Shown here: positions 28,619-43,499 of the stretch, one piece after another | Layout: each line of letters starts with the position of its first letter | Numbering within the stretch: position 1 is the stretch's first letter | Assembly (NCBI GenBank): GCA_051362555.1 | Contig: CM120641.1 | Coordinates: forward strand, 27,286,401-27,350,400 | Direction: 5' to 3' | Origin: Lingula anatina | Taxonomy: Eukaryota; Animalia; Brachiopoda | Length of the DNA stretch: 64,000 nt | The notes under the pieces: model-generated | The model's input: only the letters and a program-made list of their open reading frames with translations | Told to the model about the DNA's origin: nothing | Databases searched by the model: none | Made by a program: the position numbers and the translations under genes

Positions 28619-31600
28619 CATCCATCAGCTTGCCACCCCCCCCCCCTTAACTTAAAAGTTAACTAACCCTTTAATGAAGTTTTTGAATGTCATCAGATAA
28701 ACAGCTGACATAATACACAAATAAGTTTTTTAACCTATTACTGGACTCGAAAATGTTACAACAGTGACAATGTTACATCCATTTAAGGGGGATATCTGCT
28801 GCTCAGGGACTCTTTCCATATCATTGCTCATATAATTGATTGAGCATAAGTTATCAATCCATCAGTGACCTGAAAATTCTCAAGATGAGGATGCAACTTT
28901 CTCATGTTGTAACACTTGATAGTCCAATAAAAGATGTTACAAATATTCTTACGTACTTTAAATGGAAAAGATGTGTCTTAAAACAGAAATACTTTCGTAC
29001 ATAAACCAAAGTGCATGACAGACCTTCATTCAAATAAAAACCATAAATAAATGAAATTGTGAGATAAAATAAACACTACCATTTCCTTCTTGGATATCTC
29101 CTGCAGGAAAGAACAGATGTCCCTTAATATTTTGAAACTAAAATCTCTGAGTGAAGATCTTTATTAACTTGTATCTATATTTCTTGGCATTACCTAGAAT
29201 CTTATATCTTATTTTCTCCTTTTTTTCCAATTAAGTTTGATGTCTAACTATTTTACGAAAAGGTTAAAATGACATTTTCTTATAAAAATGGAAATGATGT
29301 TAAAACACTCCTATTGTATTTAATAGTATCTTTTCATAAATAATATATAATTACCACTTGAAGGAGGAGTAAAGTCAAACTCTTCTCCATCTTCTACTTC
29401 ACTGGAGTCTGATTCTTCATCAGAACCCTGTACAGAAAACCCAAGTAAAAATTTATAATTTTTGATTTATATGACAAGTTTAGAATATCTAAAACAAAAT
29501 ATTTACAAAAAAGTGCTTCCAAATAAATCTTAATAAAATTATGTCTAAATTTCAGGTTAAGTGACCAAAATCCATGATTAGTTTTCATTTTCTACTGCAT
29601 GTTATCGAGGTTTAATAAATCAATTAAAAAATGATAAATAAAACTAAAAAATTTCACACTAGTCTTTTCTATGTTAGAATCCATTATCAATATCACATTA
29701 TCAGTAACTTTTATCCAATTTTTCTTACCTCTGATGAAGAAGCACTAGGTGCTATATACTCAGCTGCATCAAAGAATTCTGATATAGAGGTGCTCTCTAA
29801 GGACAGTGATTGGGATAATAATTTGTTGCCCTGGAATTTGAACCAGAAACTCAATTGAACTGGTATAAAATTCATACAAAGCGTAACATCTTTTAAAAGC
29901 ACTTAAGCAACATATGAACACATATAATTATAATCTGAAATTCAACAGAAAAAGATTTTGCAATGTGAGAGAAGAATTTCATTCTCAAAACAGAGACATT
30001 GTGAAACATTTTCACTTACAACACAGTTATAGAATCTAAATACTTCTATGATAATGTATCAGATCACACCAACAGACAGCATTACCATCTCTGACATCAT
30101 ATTACAGCCTAGATACAAGGAAACTTACTGCTTATAGCAATAAGTCAGATCAGATCAACTTAGTACGCATTTCAGAAACCATATTTAATTTGCTTATTTT
30201 TCCATAATCTATATATTTAATCTTCAAACTTCCTAATTTTGATTAGAACTGGTAGTTTTTTTTTATTCCATTCTGAGTAGACTGGTCACAATGGTAATTA
30301 CCTGATCACTGTCAAGGGTGCTCTGAGGAGAGGGCAGGACAGAGAGATCAGACTCTCCATGGATACGGGCTAGTCTTGAACGCAACTCTTTATTCTGCTG
30401 ATGAGCCTGGGAAAAGAGACATCTGGGATTACTCATGGATTTATTTAAGTTCGCCACGCAAAGAAGGAATTTATTTGGTCATGAAACCCAATATCTTATT
30501 TTATATGCTTAAGCTTTTCAATTTCTACACTTACTTGAACTGTACCTAAACAAAGCAGACTCAGAGGAACACACACTGAGGAAGGTCATAGTAGTGATCA
30601 AAAGCTACAGTTCAAGTAAGTGTAGAAATTGAAAAGTTTTTGTGTATAAAAGAATAAAAAATCTATACAGATGAATTTCCATAAAAAAAACTAGTATCTG
30701 TTAAGTTAAAATAATTACAAATTATACATTTTTGCTTTTTGAATTTGCTTTATTGATTTCTAAACACAAAGTTAATTAAAAAAAAAGCAACATGGCAAAT
30801 AAGATTTTCAATTTCAAAAAATTAAAACAAAAGCATGCAAGCTATGTACTTCATCAGTATACTGTATTTGCAGTACTGCAATTACCAGTATGGCATTTAG
30901 TTGAAAACAAAAGAGAAAAAAAACTATTTACCTCACTTAGTGCCTGCCGCAAAGTCTGAATATATGCAGCACTACCTTGCACATTGGCAACACCTGCATC
31001 CTGCTCCAATGCACACTTCAAACGATCTCGCTCAGTGTTCAGGGTTCTCACTAGTGTTTTTAAAGTTTCACCAACTAGAACAGGAAAGCATAACCAGTGT
31101 ACAATTCACAAAGACAACCTTTTTTGTTTATGAAGATAATTTTAATGTAAGAACAATTGTATGCACACATCTTTAAAATTTTTTTCTATTTCACTTTCAC
31201 AACGAGTTTTAAATTTCAGAGCTGTTATCAAGAGGAGAGAACTTTTAGACAAATACAAAAAATTGCATAAAAGCAAGAATAAATATATATAATTTTTTAA
31301 AGAAAACAGATAAAAATTTTTCACTAATGTTTGCATTCTTCAGGCTGGAAGAGACATAAAAGTGTCACTTCACCTTCTCGAGCACTGGACAAGAATTCTT
31401 CCCTAAGCTCAACTTCCTGCAGACGTTTATCAGAGGAGATTCTCTGCAGAATGGACTCTGGCATACTGGAAGGGCGCAGCCTGTCCGTCTCGTTGGCAGC
31501 CAAGTTGGGATTGGATGAACTTAGATGGGGTGTGGCACTACCCACAGGAATGCCTGCTACGCTGTTCACCATAAAATTTGAGACCTGAAATGTCACATCT

Positions 31601-34600
31601 AAAGTGTCACACTTGCACTAAAATTTCAGACTCATTAACTCCAAGAGATGGAGGAATCCCAGTCTTGCATACAAAAAAGAAACATAATAAGCACTTGTCT
31701 GCCATCTGCAAAGTAAATAGCTGGTAAATCTGGCTTACGGTAAATGCAGAGGTTAAAGCAAGGTTTGGCAATAAAAAGACAAAGCAAAGCCAACAAGTGG
31801 AAATGTGCGATCTTCACTGTCTCTGCCTCAACGCTTAAGCAAGTTCTGAGGAGAATTTTAACGGGATACACGTCTGGTCCTGATCAATTTCAATGCTCAT
31901 CATGGGAAATAATGTTTTTCACCCCAGGTTACACTTTTAATAAGCTTAAGCTCTTGCCAGGATTAGTAACACTGTATGTAAGACAAAGGCAATGATTAGT
32001 GACAGATGATTACTGCAACTAACATCTCACAGATAGATGTGTTAATATATCAGACAGGCTACCCTCACATAAAGCACATCATGAAGGACATAAGCATTTT
32101 TAAAAAATATCCTTAGATGTCAAATAGAAAGGCAGACAAGCTTGAAAAATGGTTACATTTTCAGTAATTCATCACCTTTGACACATACCAGTTCTAAAAA
32201 CTGTCAAGTTAGTTCTTTAAGATTTGCATGACACAAGTCCTGTAAAAATATGTTACGCATAAATATTTGCCTCAATGCAAAAGAAAAAATAAGATGACAT
32301 ATGCAGGGAGAAGCACACTTCAGTAGAAGGCAATCTGTTAAACTGGGTTCCCATACCTAGATCGATCTAACAGGATCGATCCATCTCCGGGGTTTTTTTG
32401 GCTAAATTGCTTTCAGCTTCAGCGGCTTAGATGTCTGACACGCCTACTGAAGCTGCTAAACAATAATTAATTATCCCAAGCAGCTTCATTGTTTCTCAAT
32501 TTAGCGAGAATCCCCTCAGAGATAGCTTGATCCACAGTCAGTACGATAGTGTCTGGGAATGGTCCCTTAGGTTGAAATTTAGTTTCTGTCACAGCAAAGG
32601 GCACATGTACTCACTAGCACAGCAGTAGTATGGCGTCGTTCACGATGGCGCTGCGTGCAGAAACGGGGCAGATAAAAGGTCAGACAAGTGCATTTAAGTG
32701 GTGCAATTAAAAGCTAGGTCTGCATTTAAAAAAAACTAAATTTATATCTTTACTTCACATAATTAATACCTGTCATGGCCAATTTCCAAATACATTTCCA
32801 TAACATTATCAATAACACCAAGATACAAATATGATTTACCATTTTTTTTAAGTTTACCTAAAAGAATTACTAAATACTTATTCTGGTGATGGTTTACCTT
32901 GAACAAGCTCAGAATTAATACCATAGTTTGAAAACAGAAAGAACAACACAGGAAAGTAAACCAGCTCACTCCCCAAAAAATAAAAAATGATAGTCAATTA
33001 ATTTCAAGTAAGTGGTAATCTTCACATACAATGCTGAGCTTATCAATAATATATATCCCTGAAGAAGCTTATCAGAAACGCGCAGGGGAAGGTAGGATCA
33101 ATACCACAAAGGCCTAATTAGCCTACATATCACCTACACTGGATGACGTGGGAAGATCTGCTCCACCTTTGTCCTTTTTCCCTCGGCGAAGAAATCCTTT
33201 TCCTGATTTTTCTTTTTTGGTTGGCGTGTCTGGTTCCGTCTGCTGCTATAAGGAAGGTGTTAGTATAAAAGAAGTTTAAGATGACTGAAAGTTGCAGTGT
33301 GAGTGTGTAATTAAGTTGAAGCCACTCATAAGCTATATAAATATGTACATGCAAGAAGGTCACATGAAATGTACACTATTGTAAAAGAAAAAGTGGTGCA
33401 AATAAATAGCTTTGTAAATCAACCGTCTACTAAATTGTGGTTAAAGTGTCATAAAAAAATTTAAAACTAAAATTTTTATTGTGCACAATATTTTTGATTA
33501 TTATGATCATTTCAACACAAGATACATGCTGGATATTCCATTTAACTTCATCTGTTAAGACTTCTATAATTATTTTTCAATCTTACAGTAACAGATATCT
33601 ATGATTAATATTGATTTTCCTAAGATCTTTCTTCTTCACTGTTAACAGTTTTCCCAAACCAACAGTGACCAAACTAACCAATGATAAGGTAAAACAGTTA
33701 ACAGTGAAGAACAAAATAATAATAATAATAATTTAATTAATTGGATCAATAATAAATTAATATATAAATATTATATGAAAGAAAGAAAGATGGATTGATT
33801 GTGAGTGAATATTCATCTACAAACTAAGACCCAATGAACCTCTTCATTCATCCCCATTATGGACTACCAACTTAATGAACAAAATAGCAAAGATTTAATC
33901 ATTCCATGATTAACCCCCCTCCCATTTTCAATTTCAAAATTAGATGCATGCAAAAGAGTTCTCTCACCAAGATAGGTTTTGAACTGATAATAATAATCAT
34001 AAAAAATCTCAAGAACTGGAAATACACAATAATCATACAGGCCATTAATGTAGATTGTGTTCAACAATGAAAAATAAAAATGCCATCGACTCGACTGTAC
34101 TTACAGCAACCATTTGATCACTAGTGGCTTGAATGTCATGTAATTTGGCTAGAAGGTCAGTCAGATCAAAGATGCGGCTTTGAGCCTTTTGAAGTTCTGT
34201 AATAAAAAAAAGAAATGAATGCCATTTGATGAAGTCAGAGATGATTTTAATCAATCAGTGCTGCCCTTAGAGATCAATATTTCATTTATCTCTAAAAGGT
34301 TGTTAAAAGAATTTCATCAGATTGATGAAATGATATTAGTATAAATATTCTTTTGTCACAAACTACAAAATTACCCATGAGATATTTCGATGGACTATCA
34401 GCCTCCTACATACAATGCAAAATGAACCAAAATTTGCATAAAAATGACGACATTTCAAGGCAAAGCTGACAAAAGAAAACAGCTGATCACCATCAGCTTA
34501 TCACACAGTGTCTGCACATAAAAAACATTAACCAATATAATAAGCATGAACCACAGAGTAGTATTGTGCACCTTTATTGCACTGCTCTATCCCTGCTGAA

Positions 34601-36204
34601 TCCATCAACCAGGCCGCTACTCGTGGAGGCTGCGTGGTGTGAAGGAGACTCGAGGTACGCCCCTTAAGACTGGCATTACGCTGGAGGGTCTGCTGGCGCT
34701 CAGCAAATTGCTCTAGAAAAATACAGATATAAATTGATATAATTTGTATGTCTATGTGGATAAATATAGAATAAATAAGAAATGCACAAAATGATCTGGC
34801 TTACTCTGTGTGTCACACTATTTAGTAAATAAATTAAAAAATAAAAATAAAACTTCAGTGCTATAGTACTGCTTTAGACTTTTATGTCAATTTGTAGCCA
34901 TAAACTGTTGAACGAGCACTGTGAATATCTGCAGTCCCTCATATATTTTCCATCATGCCCAACTGTAATCATCCCTCAATACATCCCCCTGAACAACATC
35001 TCCAACAGTCATCCTATTACAGACAGCACTAATACTGGACACTACCCTTAGTCTAGAATATCTGAATCTATTTTTGAATCAACTTTTCCTGGAGTCTACT
35101 GTGATTTTCATAATCACCTGGAGACATGGGGGGCAGGACAGTGAGCTCCTCCACGGGACTAGCGATCCCAGTAAGTTTTGGCACATCCCTGCTTCCAAAG
35201 GCGATCTCATGTTGCCGGTACAGACGATGTTTCCTCAGATTCTCTACCCATTCCTCAAAGAACTTGGAATGTTTCACCTGCAGGGTAAGCAAACAAGGGG
35301 GACTGCCAAGTTAATTCAAGAGCAACAGGTACGGAAGGGAAACTTTCATCACTTAAATATATGACACATTTAAAAAAATTACAGATTAATGAGAAATAGA
35401 TTACCAGAGTTGGTCAAAGATAAAAATCAAAAACACATTTAGACCCTTTAAATATCACCATATCTATACTATAATGCATAACAGTTATCAACTATCAAAA
35501 ATTCAGACATTTGCTAATGAGTCAAACACTCTTTTATAGTTTGCAGACAATACACAGGTGTAAAAATTATGCACATCTGGAAAATAGTACTGTCTAAGAA
35601 TAGTAATATATGAACAATACAACACTGCCTACCTTGAGATGGAACACAAGGTCTTCTGCATCAATGTCTATTCTCTTGCCATCCCTCTTATAGGACAACA
35701 CTGACAAACCTATATCTATTACACCATGGAGCTTACCCTTTTGAATCTGAAAGATAAAAAAAATGAACTGCTTATCTATGATTCTCTTGGTTGAAACCCT
35801 CAAGACACTTAAAGATTAATTTGTGTCTTGATATAAGGATTTTGGGTAAACTGCATATAAAAACCCAAGTCATTTTTGTTTAAAAACATGAGGAAAAAAG
35901 AGCAATTGTTTGTAATACCCTCTTTATAACATGTAAAAAGCAAATATCAGATGTGAAAAAAACATCATCTGGTTACCACTTAAGCATCCTTCATTTACGT
36001 ATATTTTACACTATTTGGGCTGAAAATTCCGACTATTTACATTCTCTTAATGAAATTTCTCCTCGGTGGTATTATAAGCTTTTTGCATCTGCACTGAGTT
36101 AGTGGCACTGGAATTCTCCATTTCATTCTAATCACCTGATGCAACCTAACATGCGCTAACAGTAACAAATACCATTAGAGAATAGTGCCATGGGTCTACA
36201 AGAT

Positions 36205-36244
<40 letters not shown>

Positions 36245-39102
36245 CAAGTACATTATACAATGTACATGTATGATGCACAGAGAATCAATAAATTTTTCTT
36301 TTATTTTTGCACAAATAAGAAATAAAAAATCAGCAAATAAATGATGAATTGAGAAGGCATAACAGAATCATGACACTAAAATGATAATTTTCTTTGTCCA
36401 AAGTTAACCATACTACACATTTATCACCAGGCCAAATAATTATAAATGCTAGAGTAAGTCTAGTGAAAGGATGTAGGATTATTTTATTTTTCCTGTGCAT
36501 ATTACATATAATATACATATTTCCTGTGCATATTACATACAATATATATTCTACATATAACATCTTTCCTGTGGATGTTACAGGCGATGAATAATTAATA
36601 TAGATAGGCTTTGAAAGTCACACCACTGAGCAATTTGAAATAGTCTGTACATCTTATGTCAGCCCATGGTCTATATATATTATTCATACCTGACTAGGGC
36701 GGGGATAAGCTACAAATATTATATAATGCCCATTCCGCAAACAGTATGGAGTATACAAACAAATACATTCTTGAAGTCTGCAAACAGAAGAAATACCTGG
36801 CAATGGCACTCTACAACAAAATTATCAGCATACAAGATATGCTACATATGTTTATAAAGATAAGAAGTGACAATAAAGATAACAAGGGACGATAATTGTA
36901 AATTTAATGTGCAAATTGATGTTATGTTGCGACATCAGTCCTTAGTAGAGATGACGAGTCATAGCTGTGTGATTCAATTTACTTATCACCAATAATACCT
37001 TGAGGCTTTAGTATTTCACTATGCTCACTCTATTATTTGCAAAAGCTAATGGTACTGCATTTTGGCCAATAATTTGATATTTGAAAAAATTTAACTTCAT
37101 TACTTATTGTTGTTGATTTGAATAAAAAATCATTTGGCTGAAATAAAAAAAAAAGTCATGAGAGATAGAGAATAAAATTCTCAATTGAATAATAATGATA
37201 GAAAATTTACTTACATCTCTTGGGTATTTTGCATAGCTTAAAATTCCATTTTCCAGACTGAAATATCTCTGAAATAGTCAACAGTGATTCCATAATCATA
37301 CATATTTCAATATTATATCAATAAAAATATGATGAAAACACAGTGAATTAGCTAGGTTAATGCACACACTGGGTAAAATAGATATGTACTACAAGTATCA
37401 TTGGGCTTTTGTATAATCACATTATAAAGCACTTAGCAGCAATATAACAGCATGTATAATTTAAAATATGGACATTCGGCTCCTTAATTTGATCAATACA
37501 AAGTCTGTTCATGTGAAAAACATGAAAAATGTAATATAATCTTATAACCATAATGACTGTCACAAACCTACTTCAATTTTTATTTTCTCTTTGGTGCCTT
37601 GTAACATTCATATATGTTTACTACGCATAATTTTCAGACTGAAGGCAGATTCTCAGAAGTCATGCTACTGAAAAGGGAAATCCAACTACTAGCAATTAAA
37701 TGTTTCCCTTGCATGATGCTTTGATAAAAAATACTCTAAGATGGTAGTTTTGTATTTCTGTGAACCTTGAGAAGAAAAGGTTAAACCGAAAACCATTCAC
37801 CACAGAATTCATCTTTCTAAAACAAAACAAAACAAAACAAAAAATTATCTGTAATATTTAGAAAAAAAATTGTCGATGATCAATATAGCAGGTGAAGTTA
37901 AGAGAGAGCAAAATAAATATAAACAAAAAATTTATAACAGATACAATAAATAAGGAAGTCTAAAAAAATAACTTAACTCTGTTGTAGGGATATGGTAAAG
38001 CCATAGATGAAAATCAGAGGCAACAGAAAAGTTCCCTAATCCCCTGCTGATGGCAACTATGAAGGATAGAACCCTTAAATGGCTCTGCAACTGATGGGCA
38101 TTATTCAAAGGAAAAAAAATCAATCTTTTTCGGAACAGAAACTTGCAACTGTGAGAAAAAGGAAAGTCTCATAAAGGTCAAGGCATGGGTTCTTAAAAAG
38201 TGGTCTTATTTCCTAAATGGCAATCATGGTCAGGTATTGTCTGGACCCCAGGGTTGGCATGTGTGGTGTGGGTGGGTGTGGGGGTGAGGGTTAAATAGAA
38301 GCAATTAATAGGCCTCTCTCCAATTTGTGCTTTCCACATGCATCAAAATATAAATACATAAAAAAAGACAAAAAGACCAATGTATCCAGTAAGACCGCAG
38401 TTCATATTTAGACAAGTGTTTTGCTCATGTCTACACAGCACTTTTAAAAACCTTTTCACACATTATCTTAGTCAGACATTTAAGTTTCAGTTGTTACTGA
38501 GAATCAGATCTACCAGTTCACACACTCATGTACTGACTGTATAGGGCAATAGTTGCCATCTGCTAAAGTATAGACAGAAAAGAAAAATCTAAACCACAAA
38601 CTGTAAATGTATACAGAAAGACCCTTGCTCACATCTTTGTAAGGGTTTTGTTCAACCTGAGATATAAAAAAAGCTCAAGATGCTTCATTAAAATGTTCTA
38701 AGTGAGCCAGTGACACATTCGGGTACTATAGTTTCTCTAGCCTATGTAGTGAAATATACTTCAGTCAGTGGCCACATGCTAAATTATAGTACAGGTGGCA
38801 ACCACCAAAACACTTTTTTCTCTTAATGTAAAACAGTTACAAACACAACAAATAAAATATATTTAACCATAAATCAATAAGATGGAAATAAATCAGCCCA
38901 TATTTCTGTAAGGATTTTCTTCAGCACATGATATCTTTAATTAAACAAGCCTTAGTGACCAGTCATTTTCTTGGCATACAAACAAGCACTATAGATCAGT
39001 GGTTATAAAAATTATGCAATAATATAGGTATCTTTTTGTGACCTACTTGCAAGTGTCTGTGCAGTGTGTTATTAATAATTAACACAGATATACTCTAGCA
39101 TA

Positions 39103-39179
<77 letters not shown>

Positions 39180-42100
39180 TTTTGTGTTCATTGTCTACCA
39201 ATCTGAATCATGCCTTTACCATCAAATCTGATTTTATTGACAAGGTGGAAAGTGAAGTCCTACATTAATTCATAAATTTAAACATGGTATATGATAATTA
39301 ATACATTTAGCTGTATGCTGCCCAGTTATTTAACAAGCTTACTCACCAATAATGTATGTGTATATATATAATATAAAAAAAGAACAAAAATTTTGGACTC
39401 CACAATAATTCTGTCTCACAAAACTGGAAAGATTTCAAGGCACATTAAGGTATTGTATTGCAACGTCTGGGAATCTTTGTGTTAATTTGAAGCGGATATC
39501 TTAAACCCCTTGGTGAGAGTAATTAGAACCCCATAAAAAAAAACTTGCATAGAGAACTGGAGTTTGGCCAATAAGGTTGTTGTTATTAACAACATGAATA
39601 TGTACTGGAGGAGGATTACTTGATGTATTATCAGGCTATGTTTTCTTCAATCAATAGTGAAGATTGCCAACTTAAGGTTTAAATCAATTTCACCTAACAG
39701 ACAGTACTTGCACAGAACTAGATTCCTGATCCAAAAGATCTTCATCACAAATGAAATACTTCAAATTCATCAGGTCAAAACATGCATATCATAATGTGAA
39801 TGCATGAAGATATATGATAGATATATATATAGCTCATCTATTGTACATGCAAACTATAGCCAAGTGGACAGGGAATCGTATGCCAGAGTTCTAGCATGGA
39901 TGCCCTATGACAGAAATACTGACGCATCCTATATTAATAAACCTTGCAAAATGATCTGTACACTAAGAACACACAGGAGTTAATCTCCTTCAGGAAATAT
40001 GAAGCTCATTCTAAGCGTATAGTTGCCTCTCCATAAAATAGATACCTGTAAAGAACTGTCAGAACAGGAAATTTATAGGCATTTCACAGGAGGACACAAC
40101 CATTTCATATGGGTAATAACATTAAAACTAGCTAATTTGTTAGACACATATAAATGTTTTTCATACCACATACTACTACCAGTAGTCTTCATTGATTTAT
40201 ATTTCATTAGGACTGAAAATCCTATTGAAGGGCATGTAATATTATGAACTCTTTTACAAACATTGGGCATTCCATGTAATAATAACAACGTACACTTTTA
40301 TTGATGTTTATAAAGTTAACTTCCTAATATAATCAGGCTAAGCTAATCAGACTAAGCTAATGAGTTGTCAAAAACAAGGATCAACTGTTATACACAGCTA
40401 GAGCAGCTGAGGTCATGTTTCATGTAGATGTAACATTCTAATTAGTTAAATTAGAGTACGCCATGTATGGGGGCGTGAGTGCACGCATGTGTGCGTGCAT
40501 GTGACATAACTGGAAATTAATATTCCTAATACTGTTACAGAAATCTTTTAAAATTAATTAAAGGTAAATTTATAATCTTAAGCTACAAATAAACATAACC
40601 ATCTACTTTCACCCTAGCTTTCTACTATGAAAATGATCACAAGTAGCATATCTGTGCAAAAGGTCATTTTTGAAAAACATAAAAAAATCAAATATGGCCA
40701 CTGAGATGAAAGGGTTGTAAATGTGCTTGTTTGCTCTTAAATTCATTTAATTTAAATGGTCTCACAGAACAAACCAAAAACCAGAATCAACATCTACACG
40801 ACGTAAGGGGTGGGGGGTGGGGGGGTGGGGGGGTGGAGTGAGGGGGGGGGTCACCCATAACCAGCTCACCTTGTGCCAACCTTTCAAAGGCCATTTTCTA
40901 GTTTTCAAGCAATACCCGTCGAATTTTACAGGCTTGCTGCGACCATCAAACTTCTGCCCGTCCCTGAGTCCCTCTATAATGATCCACTCTCCCTTGGACT
41001 TCTTCACCTTGGCGGTCCTGGGTTGCCTCCCCTCCAGGTCCAACATAGTGGAGGAGGAGACCGACAGGCTGTCATCACTATCCTAGAAAGCAATAAATCA
41101 TGTTATGAATAATTATCATAAGTATTATAATTATCATTATTAAAAATGCTGCTATTTGGAGATATAATATAATGTAGATGTCTGCTCCATCTTTATACAG
41201 AATTTATGATAAAATGCCATGTACGATTGCACTTCATATGCAATATGCTGATCAATCATACACTGGGTATTAACTATTCAAAATTCAACAGTTGTAAACA
41301 GTTGTATTCCACGCAGCTAAAATTTCACCTGTCTTTCTTCATTCATATAAAATAAAAAAAAGATATACTTCTAAAGCATAAAGACACAGAAAAAAGATTT
41401 TTCAAACTGACAAGATTTGTACCTTAGGAATACCTTAAAAAAGCAACAATACCATAAGTGTCTGATTCTAATCTTTATACCCTAGAATTTCAGGTCCACC
41501 ATTGATTTAATCCAGTATCATGAAGGTTGAAGTTTATCTACATACTATCTAGCCTGTCACTAATATCAAAGTTAAATGGAATCATATAATTATCTTCTTC
41601 AGAAACACATTACTATCAATCTGAAAACTTCCCTATGTAATGCAATATATTCATATAACAAAATCAATAGAGTTCATTTTAGGTCTGAAAACCATAAAGA
41701 AGTCAGAGCAATCAAAACCCTAGCTGAAGAGATATATTTACAGAAGCTCATTTCCTAATGACACAATTGTGCCGCTAAATGCTAAAACCATTTATTAAAT
41801 CTACTGATAGCAGGTGCTGATGCCTACTTACCATTTCTTCGATCCTTACGATTCAGGTACAATCAAGTGAAGACCTCACTACTACAAAGAACGAACACCA
41901 ACATATTTATCTCCTTTTTGGAATGACTGTCTTGTTCCGACAAGATCACAGAAGTACACACAGGAGTAGTCTCCCGGAAGCAGTAAGGCTAACAGAGGTG
42001 GCGTAACCAGACATGCACTTTATCTCTCTGTTTGGACCAAGCCACCGTGCCAAGGATTCTGTTCTGTTTACCCCTACTAGCATGCAGCATGCAGCAGTTA

Positions 42101-43466
42101 AGCAGGTCTGTTGTATTAAACCAGGTTATTCTGAGCTTCTCAAGGGAACCGAGAACCAGGTGTCCATGTGTAGATATGATTACTCTAATTAAGATGTTAA
42201 CATGGTAAAACAGGCTCAAAATTCGGTGCCATGACCAGACCAGCAAGAAGCAGTCAAATTAAAATCCATTCTTAAAAAAGATTTTCTCATAATTTCATTG
42301 AACAAGGGACGTTATGCATACACTGATTCTGATACCTTCAATGCCTTTCTTTTTACTGGCTGATTAAAATTGCATTAATACCTCCTAGGGGTAAGGTGAT
42401 TATATAGAATGCCAAATAGTACATGATACTGATTAATTATGATATTTTCTGTAAGATATATCTTGCAAGGAAACCTGTTAAGTTATTTAATTTCAGATTA
42501 CATGAAAAATTAATTTAAAGATGTGTATGTCACTTAAATAGTCACCATTAAGGGTCTACAATCATTCTAAATATTGACTTAGATTGTTTACTCTATGTCA
42601 TTCAATTTAAGCAGGGAAATAGATCTTCTCATTGCCCAATCTAAAGTTATTTAGTCAGTGTCTAAACTAAAAGGCAGCTTAATTAACTCTTTTTTTAATG
42701 AAACTATGCCATGGTTAAAAACCTTCCTGCATATGATCCATTTCCTTAAAACCACCCAGAATAATTTCTAAGAGGAAGTTATATCCACATCCCAGTATTA
42801 TATCTAAGATTAATAGCTGCACATTTCCAATTAACTTCCTTTGAATTCTATGGTTAAAATATCTATGATTGCCAAGGATAACTTGGCTTAGCTTGTAATT
42901 AACTGTAAGTCAATCTGGGGTAGCACTAGCAATTTTTTTCGCTTAGCCAAATCACAACTTTTTTGTCAATTTGTTATCCAAATGGTTATAATTTGACTAA
43001 AACAAGTCAAATCAAGCCCTTTTTGTCTAGCCAATTTATGTCAGTTTTAGCATTTGGCTAAAATGGCGAGTGTTAGCGCTACCCCAGTCAATTATTCTAA
43101 CTGAAAATTCTATAAAACTCCTTTAATACTGTTTTATCACGAACAGGGGTTTACCCAGGATTTGGAGTAAAGGGAGTACAAAATGAGAATCATGAATTCA
43201 CAACCCAAGCAAGGCCAAAAAAAAACAGCCTAAAGATTTTGTAAGCCATCCATCAGTTTTTGGAAATATAGATCGTCTTTTGAGGCTAATGGCCATCCAA
43301 ATTAAGGCTGGACAGCTTTCTGGGGAAAGCCTTGATCACAAATAAACTTAAGATATTAAAGGCATAGGCTCAATACAAGTAAGTACTTTCTATTTGTAAT
43401 TATTTGCATAATCACACTATAAGTCCAACAAGGCTTAAAACTACCGAGTTTAACACAACAGTAAAA

Positions 43467-43499
<33 letters not shown>

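Noticed and set aside
31818-31879. 62-nt candidate exon ([20 protein letters not shown])
   Set aside because: Weak acceptor lacking a pyrimidine tract and weak donor; fits only with the shifted donor at 33134.
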